From: Candidatus Bathyarchaeia archaeon
GTDB lineage: Archaea; Thermoproteota; Bathyarchaeia; Bathyarchaeales; Bathycorpusculaceae
NCBI GenBank assembly: GCA_050010755.1
Contig: JBEKKK010000002.1
Location: forward strand, 128,001 to 192,000
Direction of reading: 5' to 3'
Length of the DNA: 64,000 bases
Under the pieces are notes generated by a model, which was not told the DNA's origin, ran no database searches, and was given only the letters and a program-made list of their open reading frames with translations. Within the stretch, counting starts at the first letter, position 1, and each line of letters begins with the position of its first letter. The translations under genes were made by a program, and so were the position numbers. Below are positions 17,890 to 28,332 of this stretch, piece by piece.

Positions 17890-18335
17890 TGCCTACTTCC
17901 CCCTCGTGCAGCATACTTGCCTAGGGCGTTCGTCATAATTTTCTGGGGCAATATTCAAGTTAGCATTGTTCATTTCGTTTTGCCTCTGAATCACAATAGG
18001 ATGGTCATCATAATTAGATATTCTGGATAGAAGTGACCAAAGAAATGGTCACAGCAAGCAAGTCAATAAAGGTTAGCAAGCGCACGATTATATCAGGGAA
18101 AGAACCAAACGCTGGTTGGAAAAACGGATTTTAGGAACGCGCACGGTTGTGATTTGAGTTTCAGTTTTCTGTTCTATGGCGACTGGGTTTTTTTCGCAAT
18201 ATGATCAATTACAGCAATGCGAGGACACGTACGGCACGTCTAAGTGTGCCCATCTGCATAGTCAACGTCCTTTTTGAGGTTTCGAGACGTAAGACTTTTG
18301 TTCTGAGATTATGAACAAGAGTGTGGGCGGTTAGA

Positions 18336-19388
18336 ATGTCTGAGACGAGACTGCTGAGAGATTTATCTAACGCTTTTGGGCCCTCGGGAAACGAGGAACA
18401 AGTCCGTGAAATTTTGAAGACAGAGCTGCAACCGTATGCCGACGACGTTAGGGTGGACAAGCTTGGAAACATTCTCTTTTTCCATAATGGACAGGAGAGT
18501 TCTCCCAAGATCATGTTGTCAGCGCACATGGACGAGGTTGGAGTCATGGTTACCTTCATAGAGAATGAAGGTTTTCTGCGTTTTCAGGCTCTCGGCGGTA
18601 TTCCCAACAACACTTTGCCAGGGCAGAGGATACTGTTTCGAGGAGAAGAAAAGGAGCTTAGAGGAATCGTGGGGACTAAGCCGCCGCACATCATGACGCC
18701 TGATGAACAGAACAAGGTTATTCCTGTCGAAGATCTCTTCATCGACATAGGGGCCGAAAGCATGGACGCTGCTAAGGCTAAAGGTGCCGACATAGGCATG
18801 ATGGGAGTTTTTGATGTGGAGTTCACCGAGTTGGGTGAAGGTTACGTCAGAGGCAAGGCCTTGGACGACAGGGCGGGTTGCGCCGTGCTTGTGGAAGCGT
18901 TTAAGGTCTTGAAGGATTCGTCCTGCAATTTTGTGGCTGTGGGCTCCGTGCAGGAAGAGCTAGGAATGAGAGGTGCACGCACTGCGGCATGGCAGGTAGA
19001 CCCCGATTACGGGCTAGCTTTGGAGGGAACGTTTGCAGCCGACGTGCCCGGCACGAGACCCGACAGAGCTTCGGCGAAGCTGAAGGGCGGGCCTGTGATT
19101 ACGATTATGGACAGGACGGTGTTCACCGATCCTGCCGTGCTCAAAACATTGACGAATGTTGGAAGGGAGAAGGGTATACCCTTCCAGTTCAAGAAGGTGC
19201 CTGTTGGAGGAACTGACGCAGGTGCAATCCATCTTACAAAGGCAGGCGTGCCAAGCGGAACTGTCGCGGTGCCCTGTAGATACATTCATGGGCCGGCGGC
19301 GATTGCACATGTCGACGACGTTAAAAACACCGTTTCTCTAGTAACAGAGTTCGTAAGAAGCATTTCAGCAAGGCAAAAAACAGGCTAG
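18336..19388 (+). CDS. M42 family metalloaminopeptidase (TET-like)
   Basis: SAHMDEVG, GKALDDRAG, VQEELG, GGTDAG, RYIH. Confidence 0.93.
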   Translation: MSETRLLRDLSNAFGPSGNEEQVREILKTELQPYADDVRVDKLGNILFFHNGQESSPKIMLSAHMDEVGVMVTFIENEGFLRFQALGGIPNNTLPGQRILFRGEEKELRGIVGTKPPHIMTPDEQNKVIPVEDLFIDIGAESMDAAKAKGADIGMMGVFDVEFTELGEGYVRGKALDDRAGCAVLVEAFKVLKDSSCNFVAVGSVQEELGMRGARTAAWQVDPDYGLALEGTFAADVPGTRPDRASAKLKGGPVITIMDRTVFTDPAVLKTLTNVGREKGIPFQFKKVPVGGTDAGAIHLTKAGVPSGTVAVPCRYIHGPAAIAHVDDVKNTVSLVTEFVRSISARQKTG

Positions 19389-19435
19389 CGCTCAAGGGGC
19401 TTGCGCAAATCCTTGATTTCCCTGCTCTTGCATGC

Positions 19436-20854
19436 TTAACGGTTGGCCGGTTTCTTCATCAGGTATTCATGCATTGCTTTTGCGGCTTTTTTGCCTGCGC
19501 CCATCGCGCTTATGACTGTGGCTTCGCCTGTCACTATGTCGCCTCCTGCGTAGACGCCGTCGATGTTGGTTTTGCCGTTTTCGTCTGCCACTATGGTGCC
19601 CCATTTTGTGACGGCTAGTCCTTGTGTTGTGCTTTGTATTATCGGGTTGGGTGTTCTTCCAATGGCGACTATGACCGTGTCAACATCCATAACAAACTCG
19701 GAACTCTTGGCTGGAACGGGTCTTCTTCTGCCTGACTCGTCTGGTGGTCCGAGGTCCATGCATATGCATTCCATGGCTTTTACCCAGCCCTTGTCATCGC
19801 CGATGAACTTGGTTGGGTTAGCTAGGAACTTGCATGTTATTCCCTCTTCCTCTGCATTTTCCACTTCTTCGCGTCTCGCCGGCAATTCTTCTCTAGAACG
19901 GCGGTAGACGATGCAGACTTCTTCGGCGCCCAAGCGCAGTGCGGAACGGGCTGAATCCATTGCAACGTTGCCCCCGCCAATGACGGCCACCTTCCTGCCG
20001 ATTCTAATCGGCGTGTCACACTCTGGAAAGGTGTAGGCTTTCATCAGGTTGACTCGTATCAGAAATTCGTTTGCAGAGTAGATGCCTCCAAGGTTTTCCC
20101 CTGGAACTCCTAGAAACTGGGGCAAACCTGCCCCGGTTCCGATGAAAACTGCGTCGAAGCCTCTCTTGAGCAGTTCAGGAATGGTGAATGTTCTTCCGAT
20201 GATGCAGCTTGCGCGGATCTCCACGCCGAGTTTCTTGACATAGTCCGCTTCGGCCTCAACGATCGTCTTGGGCAAGCGGAACTCGGGTATTCCATACATG
20301 AGCACTCCACCCGGACGATGCAACGCTTCAAAAATAACAACCTCATGCCCCAGTTTCACCAAGTCTGCAGCCGCGGTGAGACCAGCGGGACCGGCGCCTA
20401 TGATTGCAACGCGCTTGCCAGTGGCTGGAGCCTTTTCCGAGCATGCGATTCCCGTCTTTCTTTCCCAATCGGCGAGGAACCTCTCTAGGCGGCCTATGCT
20501 GACAGCGTCGCCTGCCTTGCCGAGCAAGCATACGTTTTGACACTGTTCCTCCTGCGGGCAGACACGGCCGCAGATGGCAGGAAGACAGTTCTTGTCCTTG
20601 ATCTTCTTTATTGCGGCGCCATAGTCTTTTTCTCTCATCGATTTGATGAACGCTGGAATGTTAACCTCAACTGGGCAACCCTGCACACACTGAGGTTTCG
20701 GGCACTGTAGGCAGCGGCCCGCTTCTGCTAGGGCCTGTTCCTCGTTGTAGCCGAGGGCAACTTCGTTGAAGTTTCTTCTGCGGGCTTCAGGTGCCTGTTT
20801 TGGAATCTGGACAGCTTGCTTCTGAAGCTTGGGTTTTGCCTTGGGCTCACTCAT
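19436..20854 (-). CDS. nfnB: NADH-dependent reduced ferredoxin:NADP oxidoreductase large subunit (NfnB/SudA)
   Basis: RCLQC...CVQGCP, CGRVCPQEEQC, GAGPAGL, ANEFLIRVNLMKAY, GGGNVAMD; overlaps nfnA. Confidence 0.9.
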   Translation of the reverse strand: MSEPKAKPKLQKQAVQIPKQAPEARRRNFNEVALGYNEEQALAEAGRCLQCPKPQCVQGCPVEVNIPAFIKSMREKDYGAAIKKIKDKNCLPAICGRVCPQEEQCQNVCLLGKAGDAVSIGRLERFLADWERKTGIACSEKAPATGKRVAIIGAGPAGLTAAADLVKLGHEVVIFEALHRPGGVLMYGIPEFRLPKTIVEAEADYVKKLGVEIRASCIIGRTFTIPELLKRGFDAVFIGTGAGLPQFLGVPGENLGGIYSANEFLIRVNLMKAYTFPECDTPIRIGRKVAVIGGGNVAMDSARSALRLGAEEVCIVYRRSREELPARREEVENAEEEGITCKFLANPTKFIGDDKGWVKAMECICMDLGPPDESGRRRPVPAKSSEFVMDVDTVIVAIGRTPNPIIQSTTQGLAVTKWGTIVADENGKTNIDGVYAGGDIVTGEATVISAMGAGKKAAKAMHEYLMKKPANR

Positions 20855-21689
20855 GGTGGGCGCACCTCTTTTCTTGCAGCCGTTGTAACGCTGCTTTTTC
20901 CTCTGACATGTAGGCCGTTTGTCTCTTCAACAATTCTCCGAAATTCACCATGTGAGCGTCAAACTCGGGGCCGTCCACGCATGCAAACCTTGTTCTATCG
21001 CCCACGCTTACTCTGCACGCGCCGCACATGCCCATGCCGTCGACCATTATAGGGTTCAAACTCACGATGGTTTTGATGACGTATGGCCTCGTCGTTTCTG
21101 CGACAGCCCGCATCATAACGGTAGGGCCTATCGCGTAAACAACGTCAAAATGGTAGCCCTTCTCAATCAGCATCTTCAAGACATCGCTGACGAACCCCTT
21201 GTGCCCCTTCGATCCGTCATCGGTCGAGATGTGAAGCTCGTCAGAAACTCTTTTCATGTCATCCTCGAGTATGAGTAACCCTGCTGTCTTTGCCCCCACT
21301 ATCGACACAACCTTGTTGCCAGCCTGCTTGAAGCCTCTGGCAATCGGAAACGCAGAGGCAGTGCCCACTCCTCCGCCTATGACACACACGGATCCGAACC
21401 TCTCTATGTCACTGGGATTCCCCAGGGGACCCAGAACATCAAAAATCACGTCCCTAACGTTGAGCGCACCTAGTTTTTCGGTTGAGACTCCAATCTCAAG
21501 AAAGATCAGAGTGATAGTACCTTTCTTCTTGTCCCAGTCCACGATCGTTAAGGGAAATCGCTCGCCATTCTCGTCGATTCTCAGAATGACGAACTGGCCT
21601 GGCTGAGCTTTTTGAGCTATCTCGGGCGCTTCGACTTCAATCGATTTGATTTTCGGGGCTAACTCTTTCTTTGAAACGATTTGATGCAT
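20847..21689 (-). CDS. nfnA: NfnA/SudB small subunit (FNR-like, [2Fe-2S])
   Basis: PGQFVILR..GERFPLTI, GPLGNP, GGGVG, TDDGS, MVDGMGMCGACR, CVDGPEFD. Confidence 0.92.
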   Translation of the reverse strand: MHQIVSKKELAPKIKSIEVEAPEIAQKAQPGQFVILRIDENGERFPLTIVDWDKKKGTITLIFLEIGVSTEKLGALNVRDVIFDVLGPLGNPSDIERFGSVCVIGGGVGTASAFPIARGFKQAGNKVVSIVGAKTAGLLILEDDMKRVSDELHISTDDGSKGHKGFVSDVLKMLIEKGYHFDVVYAIGPTVMMRAVAETTRPYVIKTIVSLNPIMVDGMGMCGACRVSVGDRTRFACVDGPEFDAHMVNFGELLKRQTAYMSEEKAALQRLQEKRCAHHE

Positions 21690-21817
21690 GTCCGAGTAAA
21701 CCCTCTGACAGTCTTGTACGAAGAAGAATCCTAAAAGTATACATGCAAATATAAGAGTTTAGGGACAAGAAACCAAAACATTCCTTTCTCAAAGTGGACA
21801 CATGCGTATTTGGCATC

Positions 21818-22753
21818 TCATTTCTCGTGATAATACGGTCTTCTAATAAAGCCGTAGGCCTCCAGTGCAGCCGTTATGCCCTGCCCAACTGCCGTTCCCA
21901 CCTGTTTGATAGGATGGTTTGTCACGTCTCCGGCAGCAAAGACGCCTTCCAAATTCGTGTGTTGCAGGGCGTCCGTTATGATGTAGCCGTCTTGATCTAA
22001 CGTCACGCCCGCGTCCTTGACTATTTTGCTGTTAGGGTCTTCGCCCACTTGAATGAAAACTCCGTTAACGGGCAATTCTCTGGTTTCGCCGGTTTTTTTG
22101 TCGATTAGCTCGACTTCTTTGACGACTTTGTCGCCACGTATCTCCTTTATTTCTGTGTTCCAAAGAATCTCAACGTTCTTCGTGTTCTTCAGACCTTGGG
22201 TAAGGGCTTCTTCGCAGCGGAAGGCTTCTCTCCTGTGAACAATCTTGGTGTCAGCCGCTATGCCCGCCAAGTAAAGAGTTGTCATCGCCGCTGAGTTTCC
22301 ACCGCCCACCACGAGAACGTTTTTTCCTCGGAAGAAAGGTCCGTCGCAGATTCCGCAATAGCTAACCCCTTTTCCCCGAAATTCATTCTCACCGGGAACG
22401 CCCAGCTGGCGATAATGGCTGCCAGTGGCAACCAAGACTGCTTTGGTCTCATAGACTGCCTTCAGAGTTTGAACACGCTTCTTCTCACTCCTAAGATCAA
22501 GGCTAACGACCGCTTCGAGCTCATTCAGAGTAACTCCCACACTTTTGGCATGAGCAACCATCTTCTGCGCGAGCTCGATTCCAGTAACGCTTTGAAAGCC
22601 CGGGTAATTCTCAACCATGGGCGCGTCTGCTTCCGTGCCTCCAGCCAACTTTTCTTCCAGAACAACTGTCTTGAGGCCGCTTCTCACACTGTAAATTCCA
22701 GCCGACAACCCAGCGGCACCAGCACCAATGATGACAAGCTCCAAATCATCCAT
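21818..22753 (-). CDS. trxB: Thioredoxin-disulfide reductase
   Basis: GAGAAGL, VENYPG, GVSYCGICDG (CxxC), GGGNSA, HRR, VFAAGDVT. Confidence 0.93.
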   Translation of the reverse strand: MDDLELVIIGAGAAGLSAGIYSVRSGLKTVVLEEKLAGGTEADAPMVENYPGFQSVTGIELAQKMVAHAKSVGVTLNELEAVVSLDLRSEKKRVQTLKAVYETKAVLVATGSHYRQLGVPGENEFRGKGVSYCGICDGPFFRGKNVLVVGGGNSAAMTTLYLAGIAADTKIVHRREAFRCEEALTQGLKNTKNVEILWNTEIKEIRGDKVVKEVELIDKKTGETRELPVNGVFIQVGEDPNSKIVKDAGVTLDQDGYIITDALQHTNLEGVFAAGDVTNHPIKQVGTAVGQGITAALEAYGFIRRPYYHEK

Positions 22754-22914
22754 CTTGAATGTCCTCGCTGATTCATATTGAGGAGGGCACATATCAATTA
22801 TTCTCTTGCCCGTGCAAACGAAAACCAACACTAGAACGTACGCTCAAGGCGGCGTTGCGGTCCTGTGTTTGAACTCTGGAATGCTAAATCATGGAGCGAT
22901 GCATGTTGGGTATG

Positions 22915-23367
22915 TTAGTAATTGATTTCGGGTTTTTCTTTTTCTTCGCATTTTGCAAGCAACATCAGTATCTCGTCTATGATGTGCTTGTCTTTCACGG
23001 AGACCGCAAGTGTTCTTGCTTCTTCAAGTTTATTCTGGGCGGTCTTCCAGAGTTCCGCGTACATGTTCCATTTTGCAGATTCAACCAAAGACTCAACCTT
23101 GTGAGGTCTGCGTCGCCGCTCATCTTCCCCTATCACTACGTGAATCATAGTATTTCCCACCCTAGTCTTCCCAGTGGCCGTATTCCACCACGAAATCATC
23201 AACCTCCTACCGAATATAACGTTTCTGTAAGATCCATCTAGAACAAAGTTCCAATCCCTCGTCCGCCAGTCAGAATGGAATGCATGTATTTCTAGATTCG
23301 GTTCTAGTTGTAATACGGTGTGGATGTACATTTCGATTTTCTGTTCATGGATAGGATGGGGGCTCAA
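22915..23367 (-). CDS. Hypothetical protein
   Basis: 150-aa ORF with G-rich SD-like sequence before the TTG start; helical C-terminus; no family recognised. Confidence 0.55.
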   Translation of the reverse strand: MSPHPIHEQKIEMYIHTVLQLEPNLEIHAFHSDWRTRDWNFVLDGSYRNVIFGRRLMISWWNTATGKTRVGNTMIHVVIGEDERRRRPHKVESLVESAKWNMYAELWKTAQNKLEEARTLAVSVKDKHIIDEILMLLAKCEEKEKPEINY

Positions 23368-23563
23368 GTGTGCGCTGACAGCCCCTCCCCCGGGTCTATG
23401 ATATGATCCAAATATGAACCGCTAGAACAACGATAATCTAAGCGTCAATTAACAGTTGATTAAAAGTGCAGAGCGGAGAACGCCCGACTTGGCTCTCTCT
23501 TGTTTTCTCATAGGTCACGATTTCAATTGAAGATTTAAGTATAAGTTTGGGAGACAATTTATT

Positions 23564-24853
23564 ATGAAAGGGAAACTTGTTTTTGTGCTTTGTTTGCTTT
23601 TGTTGCTGTCTTGTTTGTGTTTTGCGAGGTTTGCCCAGCCTGAGGCGAAAGCATCCAGTAGCTTACCAGTTCATAACCTTAACACAGGGTTGAACTACTC
23701 GACAATTCAAGAAGCGATAGATGCAAACGAAACGTTGAACGGACAAACGATACTTGTTGATGCTGGCGAATACAACGAAACCGTAGTCATAGACAAGTCC
23801 ATACAATTAATAGGAGAAAATAGTAGTAATACTGTCATTAACGCCACATATGACACCCCGCCCATTCCCTCTTCCGTTAACCTACTCGATGCTCTCGTAA
23901 ACATAACGGCTAGTAACGCAGAAATATCTGGATTCAATCTAGCATGGGGCTGGTATTTCGTTGGAATCTCTGCAAGCACCTGCTCTAACATCACCATCAC
24001 AGACAACAAGATAACCCAAGCTGGGCAAGCCATCAGTTTGACAAACGTCACCCAAAGCACCATAGCTGGAAACGTGTTAATCGGAATGGGTCTTGAAGGA
24101 AATAACCTCTTTACACTCGGTTCTTGCTCTGAATGCATCATCGATGGAAACACGATTGAAGGTTCAACCTACCAGGGGATGACCTTGTACTCGTCTAACG
24201 ACAATGCAATTTATGATAACCTGATAGCTTACAACACATATGGGATACAATTTGGCGGTTCAGATAATGGAAACACAATATACCACAACAATTTTGAAGG
24301 AAACTATTTTCAAGTATTTCCAAACATCACTGGAGGAACTAACGGCAATTACTTCAATGAAAGTTCTGAGGGAAATTACTGGAGCGACTACATTGGCAAA
24401 GACATTGACCAAGACGGGATTGGCGACACGCCTTATTGGAAACTCGATTATTATCCACTTATGGGACCGTTTGAAGAGTTCTCTGCATCAAACTGCGACG
24501 TAAAGACAATCAGCAATTCCACAATATCTGATTTCCAGTTCAACGGTACTGCTGTGCTCTTCAATGTCAGTGGCGAGAACGGCACAACGGGCTTTTGCAG
24601 AATAAGCATTCCAACACCCCTAATCAACGGAACCTTAGCAGTTTCGGTCAATGGAACAAAGGTGCCCTACGCCCTTCTACCAGAGTCTAATAGCACGCAA
24701 AGCATTCTTTACTTCACCTATCACCATTCAACACAACAGGTTGTCGTAGCCCCAGAGTTTCCATCGATTCCAGCCACGATGCTTTTCATGTTATTAACAC
24801 TATTTGCAGTCGTAATCACCAAAAAGAAAGCAATGCGGTACAGAATCCACTAG
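23564..24853 (+). CDS. Secreted NosD/CASH-type right-handed beta-helix surface protein with PEF-type C-terminal anchor
   Basis: Signal peptide, YSTIQEAID, Asn-rich beta-helix repeats, GNYWSDY...DGIGDTPY, many N-x-S/T sequons, APEFPS + TM + KKK. Confidence 0.88.
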   Translation: MKGKLVFVLCLLLLLSCLCFARFAQPEAKASSSLPVHNLNTGLNYSTIQEAIDANETLNGQTILVDAGEYNETVVIDKSIQLIGENSSNTVINATYDTPPIPSSVNLLDALVNITASNAEISGFNLAWGWYFVGISASTCSNITITDNKITQAGQAISLTNVTQSTIAGNVLIGMGLEGNNLFTLGSCSECIIDGNTIEGSTYQGMTLYSSNDNAIYDNLIAYNTYGIQFGGSDNGNTIYHNNFEGNYFQVFPNITGGTNGNYFNESSEGNYWSDYIGKDIDQDGIGDTPYWKLDYYPLMGPFEEFSASNCDVKTISNSTISDFQFNGTAVLFNVSGENGTTGFCRISIPTPLINGTLAVSVNGTKVPYALLPESNSTQSILYFTYHHSTQQVVVAPEFPSIPATMLFMLLTLFAVVITKKKAMRYRIH

Positions 24854-24978
24854 TCAAGCTGAAAGAGGCACAAAACAGACCGCTTTATCTAACGGCGAAC
24901 ACTCGTTCTTTCAGCCATACTTATTGTCATCTGATTGTTTCGATGTCAAGACTTTGGTCATTTTTTCCATTGGTATTT

Positions 24979-25752
24979 CTAACTAATGACTTTCCTGAAC
25001 TGGTATAGTGTTGCGCTTAAAGTCACAACTGCTACGAGTCCGATTACTCCCCATGCGGGCAGTATTGTGCGCCAATCATAACCGTTGATCATTAGAGCTC
25101 GGCTGGCGTTAACGGCGTAGCTTACAGGATTAAACATCGAAACGTCTGACACCCATGTGGGTAGGAAACTGATTGGGAACAGTGCTGGGCTTAGGAAAAG
25201 CAATGGGAAAGTGATGACGCCGCCTATGGCGAATACGGTCTCAGAGCTTCTGGTCTTCATCCCTAATGCTAGAGAAATTCCCGACCAGGCGAGCCCAAAA
25301 AATGCAAGCGTGAAGAAGATGAGCAGAATTCCGATGACTCCGGTGGTGACGTGGGCGCCCAAAGCATATGCCAAGCCAAGGATTATAGCGGTCTGGACAA
25401 CTACCCTAAAGGCGTCACTGCTCAACCTGCCTAGAAGAATCGCAGGACGGCTCACTGGCGTCACGAGCATTTTCGCCAAAAACCCACTGTCTATGTCCGC
25501 CACTATCGAATTTCCTGACTGTAGCGCGCTTCCAAACGCGTTTTGCATCAGAATCCCAGCTGCTGCAAACTGAAGATAACTTACCCCTGCCGGTAATATG
25601 CCTGGAAAATTGCCGAGCTTTGTTAGTAACTGTGTGAATAGTAGGAGGAATAGGAGGGGTTGGAAGAGAGAAAAGAAGAGTAAGATGGGAGTTCGAATGA
25701 GTTTTCTCATGTAACGAACGAATATGTAACGTGTGTCAGAGAACAGCGTCAT
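24979..25752 (-). CDS. ABC-2 type exporter permease
   Basis: Multiple hydrophobic segments, LVTPVSR..ILLG, LP.WV..VSMFNPVSYAV. Confidence 0.9.
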   Translation of the reverse strand: MTLFSDTRYIFVRYMRKLIRTPILLFFSLFQPLLFLLLFTQLLTKLGNFPGILPAGVSYLQFAAAGILMQNAFGSALQSGNSIVADIDSGFLAKMLVTPVSRPAILLGRLSSDAFRVVVQTAIILGLAYALGAHVTTGVIGILLIFFTLAFFGLAWSGISLALGMKTRSSETVFAIGGVITFPLLFLSPALFPISFLPTWVSDVSMFNPVSYAVNASRALMINGYDWRTILPAWGVIGLVAVVTLSATLYQFRKVIS

Positions 25753-25758
25753 TTTCGT

Positions 25759-26760
25759 TTATCTCCTTCCAAACCTTCCAATCATGGCGCTTGGAGCCTT
25801 GACGAGATCTTCGGCTCTTATTCGCCTGCCAGTGTGTTTCATAAAAACATCGTCCAGAGAAGGCGAGGAAAACGTCACTGACAGAAGTCGAATGTCACCT
25901 CTGTCTAATGCACGCACAATATCTGCTATCAGGAGGCCAGCGTTTTTGGCGTAAACTGTGAAACATTCCTCCGATTCAACTATTTCGTTCACGCCCTTAA
26001 TGCTCATGATGATCTCCTTTGCTTTAGGGCCGAATTTTTTGCAGTCCTCAAGTGAAATTCTGATTGAGTCTGCGCCAATTTGATGTTTCAGTTCTGTAGG
26101 AGAACCGCTGGCAACTATTTTTCCAAAATCGATAATTGAAAGTCGTTTGCACAGCTTGTCGGCTTCTTCAAGGTACTGGGTAGTTAAGAAAATGGTTATC
26201 CCTTCTTCCTTGTTCAATTTCTCTAAATAGCTCCAAATTGTCGCTCGTGATTGAGGGTCCAAACCGGTTGTCGGTTCGTCCAAGAACAGTAGCTTAGGTT
26301 TATGGATCAAGGCTGTCGCAAGGTCGAGCCGTTTTTTCATGCCTCCGGAATAGTTTCTTCCACGGCGATCAGCGGCGGACTCAAGTCCCACTAGTTCTAT
26401 AAGTTCCTTGACTCTTGGCTTGATTTCACTGGTTTTCATCTGGTGAAAGTGGCCTTGCAATTCAATGTTCTCCTTGCCTGTGAGATCACCGTCTACAGTG
26501 GTTTCTTGACTTTGAACACCGATAATCTTACGGATAGCTGCAGCATCTTTGTCCACGTCAAAACCTGCGACCGTGGCTTTTCCTGAGGTTTTTCTAAGAA
26601 GCGTCGTCAATACTTTGATGGTAGTACTTTTTCCAGCGCCATTGGGGCCGAGAAAGCCGAAAAAATCTCCTTCTTGAACGTCAAAAGAAATGTCATCCAC
26701 TGCTTTCGTTCCGTCTGAGTAGATTAGAACAAGATCTTTAACATCAATAATTCCAGGCAT
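25759..26760 (-). CDS. ABC-2 exporter ATP-binding protein (DrrA-like)
   Basis: GPNGAGKST, YSGGMKKR, LFLDEPTTGLDP, TTQYLEEAD, PSLDDVF. Confidence 0.93.
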   Translation of the reverse strand: MPGIIDVKDLVLIYSDGTKAVDDISFDVQEGDFFGFLGPNGAGKSTTIKVLTTLLRKTSGKATVAGFDVDKDAAAIRKIIGVQSQETTVDGDLTGKENIELQGHFHQMKTSEIKPRVKELIELVGLESAADRRGRNYSGGMKKRLDLATALIHKPKLLFLDEPTTGLDPQSRATIWSYLEKLNKEEGITIFLTTQYLEEADKLCKRLSIIDFGKIVASGSPTELKHQIGADSIRISLEDCKKFGPKAKEIIMSIKGVNEIVESEECFTVYAKNAGLLIADIVRALDRGDIRLLSVTFSSPSLDDVFMKHTGRRIRAEDLVKAPSAMIGRFGRR

Positions 26761-26803
26761 GCCGTCAACTCGACTGCAAAATTAGCACACGCATTATATT
26801 AAA

Positions 26804-26818
26804 TGGTCGCATCGACCA
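26804..26818. promoter_or_regulatory. Palindromic operator candidate beside the ABC exporter TATA box
   Basis: TGGTCG-cat-CGACCA immediately upstream of minus-strand TTTAATATA. Confidence 0.45.
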
Positions 26819-27093
26819 AAACGGAACTCCACGTTGGTTCTGAATCTCTCCAGCATCCTGTCAACGACCCGCCAAGGAACTGAGCGTACGTTCTCATTCC
26901 CGTCCTTTTCATCCCCTGTTCAGTATTTGTGGATATGTGACTGCAACTCGATCGGCACAGCAGGTGTCTTGGACAGAACTATTCTATTTGGAAAATGAGA
27001 GCGCGTGCTGGCATCGGAGTAGCTTGAGAAAGCTAGACTTGCAGGCGTTCAATTACGCAAACAAGTCGGGCACCCGACTGAAGAAGAATGTCC

Positions 27094-28128
27094 CTATGGC
27101 GTGCACAGCTCCGAAGGGGACTTTAAACAGATCAGCGAAAGCGGGCTTTGGCTTGTTTTCACGGCTTTCTTTTTGCAGATTATGACTGCTAGCAGTGTTG
27201 CTATCAAGAATAGTGGCAGAACTAGGAATGATGGAAACTCTGGAACTACCGCATATGGAACCGCAAGCGGGTAATAGTCGGTATTGTTTGCGTCAATGAC
27301 ATAGGGAGTGTTCCAGACGCCTGAGCTGTCAACTTGAGTGGCGTTCGGACACTTTGTCAGATAGTCGCTCCAGTAGTTACCCACGCTTCCATTATCCCAA
27401 ACGTTAGTTGAGTCTGAAGAATAAACTTGGCTAAAAGTGTTGTTTACAAAGTTGTTATTGTAGATTGTGTTGTTAGAAGAAGAATCGAAATAAATGCCAA
27501 TCGAGTTGTTCGCAAAGTTATTGCCAAACAAAATGTTGTTAAAAGAATAGTCAGAATAAATGCTCCAATCGTTGTTTGTGAAATCGTTGCCAGACAAAGT
27601 GTCGTTAGAACAGCTGCCGAGAACGATACCATCGATGGGGTTAGCCGTAACGTTGTTGCCCGATAAAACATCGTTGTTAGAAAAGTCGAGCATAATGCTA
27701 CCCATCCTGCTGCTCGTTGTAACGGTGTTGCCAGACAAAGTGCAGTTAGAAGAATACTCAAGGTCAATGCTAAAGCCGAAGTTTTCTATGGTCATGTTAC
27801 GTATGGTCACGTTGCTCTGTCTCGTGACATTTATTCCTGCATTTACTCCACTACCACTTCCGCTTCCCGTCATGGTGCAGCCTGCCCCGTTCAAAACGAC
27901 GTTGTTTCTCTCAATCAGAATTCCATCAGTGGCGGCGCTGATGTTGCCAGTTAAAGTGTATGTAATGTTGTCTGCCGAATAGATGGGGGCAGTTGACGGG
28001 CTTACGCTTCCATCTGCGTTAATGTAGATAGGTGCACTCTCAGCCTTGACAACGTGAATCAATCCCGTTATTGATGACACGGAAAGCAAACACAGAATTG
28101 TAAGCAAAACCAAAACAGCCCTGTTCAT
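27094..28128 (-). CDS. Secreted NosD/CASH-type beta-helix surface protein with PEF-type C-terminal anchor
   Basis: Signal peptide, IYINADGSV, SNN.L.GN repeats, GNYWSDY, DYYPL, VVPEFPS + TM + KKK. Confidence 0.88.
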   Translation of the reverse strand: MNRAVLVLLTILCLLSVSSITGLIHVVKAESAPIYINADGSVSPSTAPIYSADNITYTLTGNISAATDGILIERNNVVLNGAGCTMTGSGSGSGVNAGINVTRQSNVTIRNMTIENFGFSIDLEYSSNCTLSGNTVTTSSRMGSIMLDFSNNDVLSGNNVTANPIDGIVLGSCSNDTLSGNDFTNNDWSIYSDYSFNNILFGNNFANNSIGIYFDSSSNNTIYNNNFVNNTFSQVYSSDSTNVWDNGSVGNYWSDYLTKCPNATQVDSSGVWNTPYVIDANNTDYYPLAVPYAVVPEFPSFLVLPLFLIATLLAVIICKKKAVKTSQSPLSLICLKSPSELCTP

Positions 28129-28332
28129 CCTACGCCACTTCCATTCATAGTCTAGAGATTGATTGAGTCAGTTCATATGACTTTTGTAAGAATCCTCAAT
28201 TGAAATCGTGAATATGAGAAAATGGCGCCCTCTTCATCAAGCATCATTGGGCAGGATTCAAACTGGCTGATTGATCAATTTGCATCTTCAAAATAATTCG
28301 GTTTTCGTTTGAACGCATCTGTCTCGGGCGTG

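Noticed and set aside
19436-20854. Glutamate synthase small subunit
   Set aside because: Overlaps an NfnA/SudB gene and no gltB is present; NfnB fits better
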